A stretch of 64,000 nt of DNA from positions 16,862 through 80,861 of the forward strand of contig JAUCBJ010001800.1 of assembly GCA_032718475.1 (NCBI GenBank), in the 5' to 3' direction. The DNA is from Nemertoderma westbladi (taxonomy: Eukaryota > Animalia > Xenacoelomorpha). Made by a program: the position numbers and the translations under genes. Positions within the stretch are counted from its first letter, which is position 1. Each line of letters begins with the position of its first letter. The notes beneath the pieces are model-generated. The model was given only the letters and a program-made list of their open reading frames with translations. It was not told where the DNA came from and ran no database searches. Shown here in pieces: positions 57,599 to 64,000 of the stretch.

Positions 57599-60500
57599 TG
57601 TGGCGACCCTGGAACTAGAACGTTAGCTGATAGGTTTCCCAGCTAGGATGCTGGATATGTTGCTAGGCAACACAACAAAACAATGATTCATATAGCTAGC
57701 TAGATCACTACACTTTGTACTGAAAAACGCGTATATGTATTAATACTTTTATTACGTATTATTTTAATGATCAAAAGATAATAATACACTAAACTTAGCT
57801 CACGCTAAACTGGTGACCCGGATGCCGAACTCATTTTACCAAGCAAAAACACACGCGATGGATCAAAACGACATTCAGCTACTAGCTCAGGCCATCAAAA
57901 ACCTAACCACGCCTGTCACTGATCCATCTCCTGCACCAGTAATTTCGTCCGTTTCTGTCAAACTCCCTGTGTTCTGGACAGCCGAACCAGAAGTTTGGTT
58001 TGCTCAAGTGGAGGCGCAGTTTGACACGAGAACACCCCCGATTACTGTAGACAAGACAAAGTTTAATTACATCGTTGCAGCTCTGGACAATGCCACTGCT
58101 AAAGAAGTTAGATCGATTATCCTCTGCCCTCCAATTGATGATCGCTATGAAACTCTGAAGACAGCCCTCATCAAGTAAATCTCAAGCGGCCAAAGACAAT
58201 GAATTACTGTCATTATCTGGTCTTGGGGATCGTACACCATCGGGACTGCTTCGACACATGCGTTCTCTCAATGGCAACCCTGAGACAATATTCCGTGCTC
58301 TTTTCCTAGCTCAAATGCCTATCGAAGTGCGCCATATCCTGGCTGGCAAAAAAACGTCGGAGCTTGACCAACTGGCAATAGAGGCAGATAACATTATTGA
58401 AGCTTCATGCAATGATTTCGGCCACCCAGGCATCAACTCTACACATTCCGCGCCACCTCCTTCAAAGCAAAGAACAAAAGCCCGGAATGAACTTTGTTAT
58501 TTCCACAATAGATTTGGAGAAAATGCCCGTAAATGCAACCATGATGGTTGCATCCTCCATCACCTTGTACCGAATGCAGCCACCCCAATCCGGCCCAAGT
58601 TTTTAACCTCGGGAAACTCCCAGGCCGGCTGCTAGACGTCTCCACGGTCGGCCTTGATCAAATGACGATGAGAAAAACAATGATGGTCAGTGACTGCCAC
58701 TCTGGTTGCAACTTCCTAGTCGACTGCGGTGCAGATTACTCAGTCTACCCTGCCTCTGCCCACGACAAACGGTTCAACTCGTGTACTGAGTCTCTCATAG
58801 CCACTAATGACACCATCATCCACACTTGGGGTACACGAAATATCCCTCTTCTCCTAGGTCGTCGATCATTCACCCACGAGTTTCGTCTCGCTGATGTTTC
58901 TCGACCCATACTCGGCGCCAATTTTTTTCGCAGCTAACCATTTAGCTATCGACATGGCTGGACGCCGCCTCCTAGACATGGAGCTGCTTTCCACGATCCC
59001 ATCACGGGAATCCACTGTTCAGGCCTCCATTTCCGGCATCCATGCCCCATCTGAGAGAGCCTTTGAAAAGATTATAGACGAGTACCCTGATCTCCTTATT
59101 CCTCGTTTCTTTGCTGAAGCCTCCAATAAACATGGCGTGGAGCACCACATTCTCACAAAGGAGGGACCACCTCTCCACGCTCGTGCACGACGCCTCGATG
59201 CAGACAAGTTAGCCATCGCCAAGGCAGAATTTGGCAAAATGGAGGAACTCGGAATTATTCTCCGATCTAATTCACCTTGGTCCTCTCCCCTCCATATCGC
59301 CCCCAAACCTGGCGGTGGCTGGCGCCCATGTGGAGACTTCCGCCGGCTCAACGATGTCACCATAGATGATCGTTATCCACTACCCCACATCCATGACTTT
59401 AATGCTAGCCTCGATAACATGAGGATTTTCTCAAAGATCGACTTGGTGCGAGGTTTTCACCACATACCTGTACACGCCAGTGATATACCGAAAACTGCCA
59501 TTATAACACCATTCGGGCTATTCGAGTTCCTACGAATGCCATTCGGTCTTAAGAATGCAGTGCAAGCCTTTCAGCGTCTTATGGATGGTATCCTTCATGG
59601 TGTCCCTTTGCTTTTGTATATCTCGATGACATCCTCGTTGCTAGCGCCACTTCAGAGGAACATGTCAACCACTTACAGCAGGTATTCCGCCTCCTCCTGG
59701 ACAATGGGATGGGATGGTAGTAAACAGAGGTAAATGTGTGTTCAGTCTATCAGAACTAACATACCTTGGCCACAGCGTCAGTGCTTCTGGTATCGCTCCG
59801 CTTCCCTCTAAAGTTGCAGCTATCCTCGAATACCCACTACGAACACTTCCAACACTTTATTGAAGGCCGGAAGTTCCATATCCTAACCGACCACAAGCCT
59901 TTGACTTTCGCCCTTTCTACATCCACCGACAGATCACCATGACAAACTCGTCAACTCTCATACATATCAGAGTTTACCACCGATGTTTGCCATATCAATG
60001 GTTCTGATAATGTGGTTGCTGATGCACTCTCTCGGGCAGTCAGTCCAACAATCTCTGCGATTCATGTTCCTACTATCGATTACCGCCAATTGGCAGCTGA
60101 CCAGGTTTCTTCCAATGAAATCGCTTCCTATCGGACAGCTATATCTGGACTCAACCTCAGAGATGATTCTTTCGGCGATTATACCTCCTGTGCGACATCT
60201 CTACAGGCAGCAATCGTCCCATAGTGCCAGCTTCATGGACTAAGCACATTTTCAACACAATTCACAATCTGGCACATACTGGTTGCCGCCCAACGCAACG
60301 CGCCATATCCTCCAGGTTTGTTTGGCACAAATTAAAATCTGATGTCAGAAGATGGTGCCGAGAGTGCCATCCGTGCCAGGCATCAAAAGTGCAACGTCAT
60401 GTACATGCCGCCCTTACACATCGGCCACGACCCGACCAACGGTTTGCCAGTCTCCATGTTGACCTTGTGGGACCCCTTCCTGAATCAGAAGGCAATTCGT

Positions 60501-61627
60501 ATCTGTTTACCATCATAGACCGCTTCACTCGCTGGCCAGAGGCAATTCCTCTGCAGAACGCCACCACTGAGTCCTGTGCCCGTGCACTCATTAGGCACTG
60601 GATTGCTCGGTTTGGTGTTCCCATCGACATTGTCTCAGATCGCGGCTCCCAATTAACTTCGCACTTGTGGTCGAAGCTACATCAACTACTAGGCATCTCT
60701 GCCTCGTCCACTACAGCCTACCACCCTCAAGCTAACGGTATTGTAGAGCGGATGCACCGTCAACTTAAAGCTGCCCTAAAGGCTCGCCTCAACAACCCAA
60801 ACTGTATGGATGAGTTACCCCTCGTTCTCCTCGGAATGCGGACTGCCTGACGTGAAGACAGCGACTGCTCATCTGCCGACCTTGTTTACGGCACAGCTCT
60901 ACACCTCCCAGGGGAATGTCTACAGCGCAGATCTCCTACTGACTGTCCGGATAATGAATTTCTGCTACGTCTTCAAACTGCAATGCATTCCGCACTCCCT
61001 CCGTCTTTCAACTATCATGGCCAACGACATGAACACTTTCCAAACCACTTATCATCAACTGGATTCGTTTATGTCCGAGTAGACAAACACCACGGACCCC
61101 TGGAGCGGCCCTATTCAGGTCCATTCAAAGTCTTGGAGGCGGGTGATAAATGTTTCTTACTCGACATCAATGGTAAACAAGACTCCATCTCTGTTGACAG
61201 ACTCAAAGTAGCATATAAATCGCAGTTGTCAACCACAGCTCCAAATCCACCCGCGCTAAAATCTACACCCACACCCACAAACCACTCACCGGAGCCAACC
61301 CCAGCAACATTGGAAAAAGTTTCACATTCAGGCCGTATAATAAAGCCCCCGAACTATTGTGGTTTCCAGGCATCATCGCTTCAGTCAGTTCACTGCCCTC
61401 CGCTGGGGGGAGCCATGTGGCGACCCTGGAACTAGAACGTTAGCTGATAGGTTTCCCAGCTAAGGATGCTGGATATGTTGCTAGGCAACACAACAAAACA
61501 ATGATTCATATAGCTAGCTAGATCACTACACTTTGTACTGAAAAACGCGTATATGTATTAATACTTTTATTACGTATTATTTTAATGATCAAAAGATAAT
61601 AATACACTAAACTTAGCTCACGCTAAA
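57599..61627 (+). mobile_element. Ty3/Gypsy LTR retrotransposon, CsRn1-like, defective; inserted in the integrase of C
   Basis: LTRs 57599-57809 and 61416-61627, TSD AGAC, PBS TGGTGACCCGG (tRNA-Trp type), PPT GGGGGGAG. Gag VKLPVFW…WFAQVE and CYFH.RFG..ARKC; FLVDCGA; WRPCGDFRRLN; integrase DLVGPLP…GIVERMH. RNase H partly deleted. Confidence 0.93.
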
Positions 61628-61631
61628 AGAC

Positions 61632-61862
61632 CAACCTAGAAAAAACTGGGAAACAGGCCAGATAACGGAAATTCATCAAGGGAATGATGGTTTGGTACGC
61701 TCAGTTGAACTAGCTATTTGGAGAGCTACACCTAAACCAAAGGTACACTATTTCAACCGACCCATTGGACGCCTTTGTTTATTAGAACTAGCAAGGGAAC
61801 GTTCTGGTAACTACGGGCAACAGAGAGTTAGACCAAGCAGTCTAACATACAAACTTGAGTAA
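61632..61862 (+). pseudogene. End of element C integrase
   Basis: VDQD|QPRKNWETGQITEIHQGNDGLVRSVEL…NRPIGRLCLLELARERSGNYGQ matches the end of A pol. Confidence 0.88.
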
Positions 61863-62849
61863 CGTCTTGTAGTAGATTACGATTGAGTGTGTAATTATTA
61901 TTAACCACTTGGTATAATGTAGGTGTTAGTATTAGACTACACTGCAGGTAGCAACAAAACGTACTTGTGTTAATTGTACGTTGTATATGACGGCCGCATG
62001 TGCAACAATTTAATTTAACAGTAAATTATTTGACTTAAAACTTAAATAATTAAAAATAAGTGACTAATTACTAACGACAATACTCAATCGTGGAAGCGGA
62101 TTTGTGTGACGTTACCAGCATAGAAATATGCGAAAAATTTTCAAAATTTTGTATTTAATACAAATTAATAATAATAACCAAAATTAATACAACCAAAATT
62201 AATATCGCCATAAATGCCCAAATAACTATTACAGTAGTTACTAATGTGAAATAAGTGTGAGAGGTGAGCATTCTAATTTCTATTTGTCAATATGTCACGG
62301 AACAATTAATTAAATAACAACGAAACAACGTGTTCCCAGTAAACATAGTTAGAACTCGTACAACTGTAAATGCAATTGCTTAACACAGCTTGTATGAGAA
62401 AGGTAACATTGTTATTATGGATACACAAACAGTGATATTCTGGTAAATATTAAATATGTCTTTCGAACCGTATTTTGACTTTAAATTAAATTAAAATACG
62501 TGAATGACCTTTAAATTAAGCTAAAACGTGTGAATAATAAATATATCGTGTGAGTTCGTGTGAAGCGTATACAATTGTCCAACCTTTCATTGATGGGAGG
62601 ATTGTAACAGACACATCTGGCTCCGGACCAGTCCCCCGTCTCCCTGGCTTGATGAGAGTTTAGCATATAGCCACGATGCTTCGGTACCGCTGGTAGTTGC
62701 AAACTCGAGTCTCGCCATTCAGGGATCGACCAGGGACTGTGTTGCGGCGTGTGGCTGTCTGGCTGGGTTGGTGACGTCCGCCTACCCCCGTTGCAGTCAT
62801 ATACTCCAACTCGCACCTCGATATGTTGAAACACCCTCTTCCAATAAAC

Positions 62850-63700
62850 GAGGTTCTCGGGACAGCATGCGGAGATGATGGATACGATGACGGCTGATCT
62901 CACTGGTGAATCTACCGAACTCAATCAGAGTATGTCGCCCCGTATGGACGTGTATACGAAGAGCGGATGTAGCGCGGACGATTGAACGACGAACGCGAAT
63001 CAGCTTCTTTGGTCCAACCCGCGGTCCAGACTTTAATGGAAGGGTTGCAAGGTAAAGCACGTATTCACATGCCTGGGTCTGTAAAGCGTTTTTGGTGTCG
63101 CTTACAGTCAAACCCGACCGATACCTCTCAACACTGACATCTCCAACCCCGATTTATTTGTGGATGCTCCGATGTTGTAAGTTCACATCGTAGAGCCTAT
63201 ATGCGACGATATTAATGAATTGATTATCGCTCCTCCCGGACGAGCTTATCAAACAAAGACTTTAATTCGGGATAATTACCTCGAAAGACCTCCTCTCCAT
63301 TCCCGTGCTATGGGCCTCAGGACCACCCGGATTTCGTCTCGCTCGGTTGACATTGTGTAACGAAACCCGAGCATTGTGGATTTCCTATCTCTGGTTAATC
63401 CCCTCGACGACACCGAAGTCGAGCCCCTGCAAAAATATCTTGACCATATAACAGAGTCAAATATCTTTGACTCGACCCAAGGGTTATTGCGCTATTCTCC
63501 CAGAAGGACGAAAACGCCCACATCAATCGTGGTTAGCGAACCTTAACCGGGAACATCTACTGGTGGACCAACCGTACGAACTGTTGTACCCCCTTCTGAC
63601 TCATTGGAATTTCATGCTTCCGCCACTGAGGGGCTACAAGTGCAAATTCTCCAGCTCCGATACCTGGTAATGGCTCCCCGCCACCGAAACGTCGCAAGCG
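62850..63700 (+). pseudogene. Possible degenerate ORF3 of element C
   Basis: SWLANLNREHLL…PLLTHWN (about 63525-63610) resembles A ORF3 SYLAGLGRGHLI…PGLTRYN, in the same position after pol. Confidence 0.4.
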
Positions 63701-63819
63701 ACCCCCCATAAAGAAAAGGAACCCAAAAAATAAACGTTATTTTTTTTGGTTACTTTTTATTACGGCGGTTCTACTTTATGCAACTTATGTTCATACTTTA
63801 TATTATATGTAAAATAAGT

Positions 63820-63995
63820 ACGTGGTATCCCCAATAATTCATTTAGCTTATTTGTTCACGAGCTGAGATTTTTTATTTGTATTAGATATACTCTTTAGCC
63901 CTATAGTTTGCTTATTTAGAAGTAATTGGTACCCAATAATTCATTTAATTGATTTGTTCACGAGCTGAAACCATTTATATATGTATTGGACACTC
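63820..63995 (+). repeat. ~104-bp tandem repeat, probably continuing past the window
   Basis: CCCAATAATTCATTTA…ATTTGTTCACGAGCTGA occurs twice. Confidence 0.7.
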
Positions 63996-64000
63996 TTGGT

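Noticed and set aside
62091-62110. Start of element C 3' LTR after a PPT-like motif
   Set aside because: No matching 5' LTR in the window, and the equivalent motifs in A and B are internal.

Overview
This is eukaryotic DNA, probably from an invertebrate animal, and is almost entirely nested transposons around one intronless F-box gene (15065-16477). Two very large full-length Bel/Pao LTR retrotransposons dominate the window. Element A spans 17674-34615 (TSD AGATC). Element B spans 37149-55769 (TSD CCTGA) and is inserted into a degraded third Bel/Pao element, C, which also carries a CsRn1-type Gypsy insertion (57599-61627). The main candidate for a new system lies in A and B. Neither has a tRNA-type PBS. 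Instead, the bases directly after the 5' LTR are complementary to a 19-21 nt segment inside the element's own LTR, which suggests self-priming. Both also carry an extra ORF3 after pol that shares an unfamiliar Cys/His domain. In B, ORF3 is intact and adds a WRN/EXD-like 3'-5' exonuclease domain and three CCHC knuckles. B also has TA...TA termini, a tRNA-like Pol III cassette in its LTR and 11 dispersed copies of a 20-nt hairpin. Both gag regions are dense in U1-type splice-donor motifs. The rest of the window holds RTE, L2-like and CRE-like LINE remnants, Kolobok-like DNA transposon pieces, a MITE, a Copia fragment and satellites. All calls were made by eye, with no database searches.
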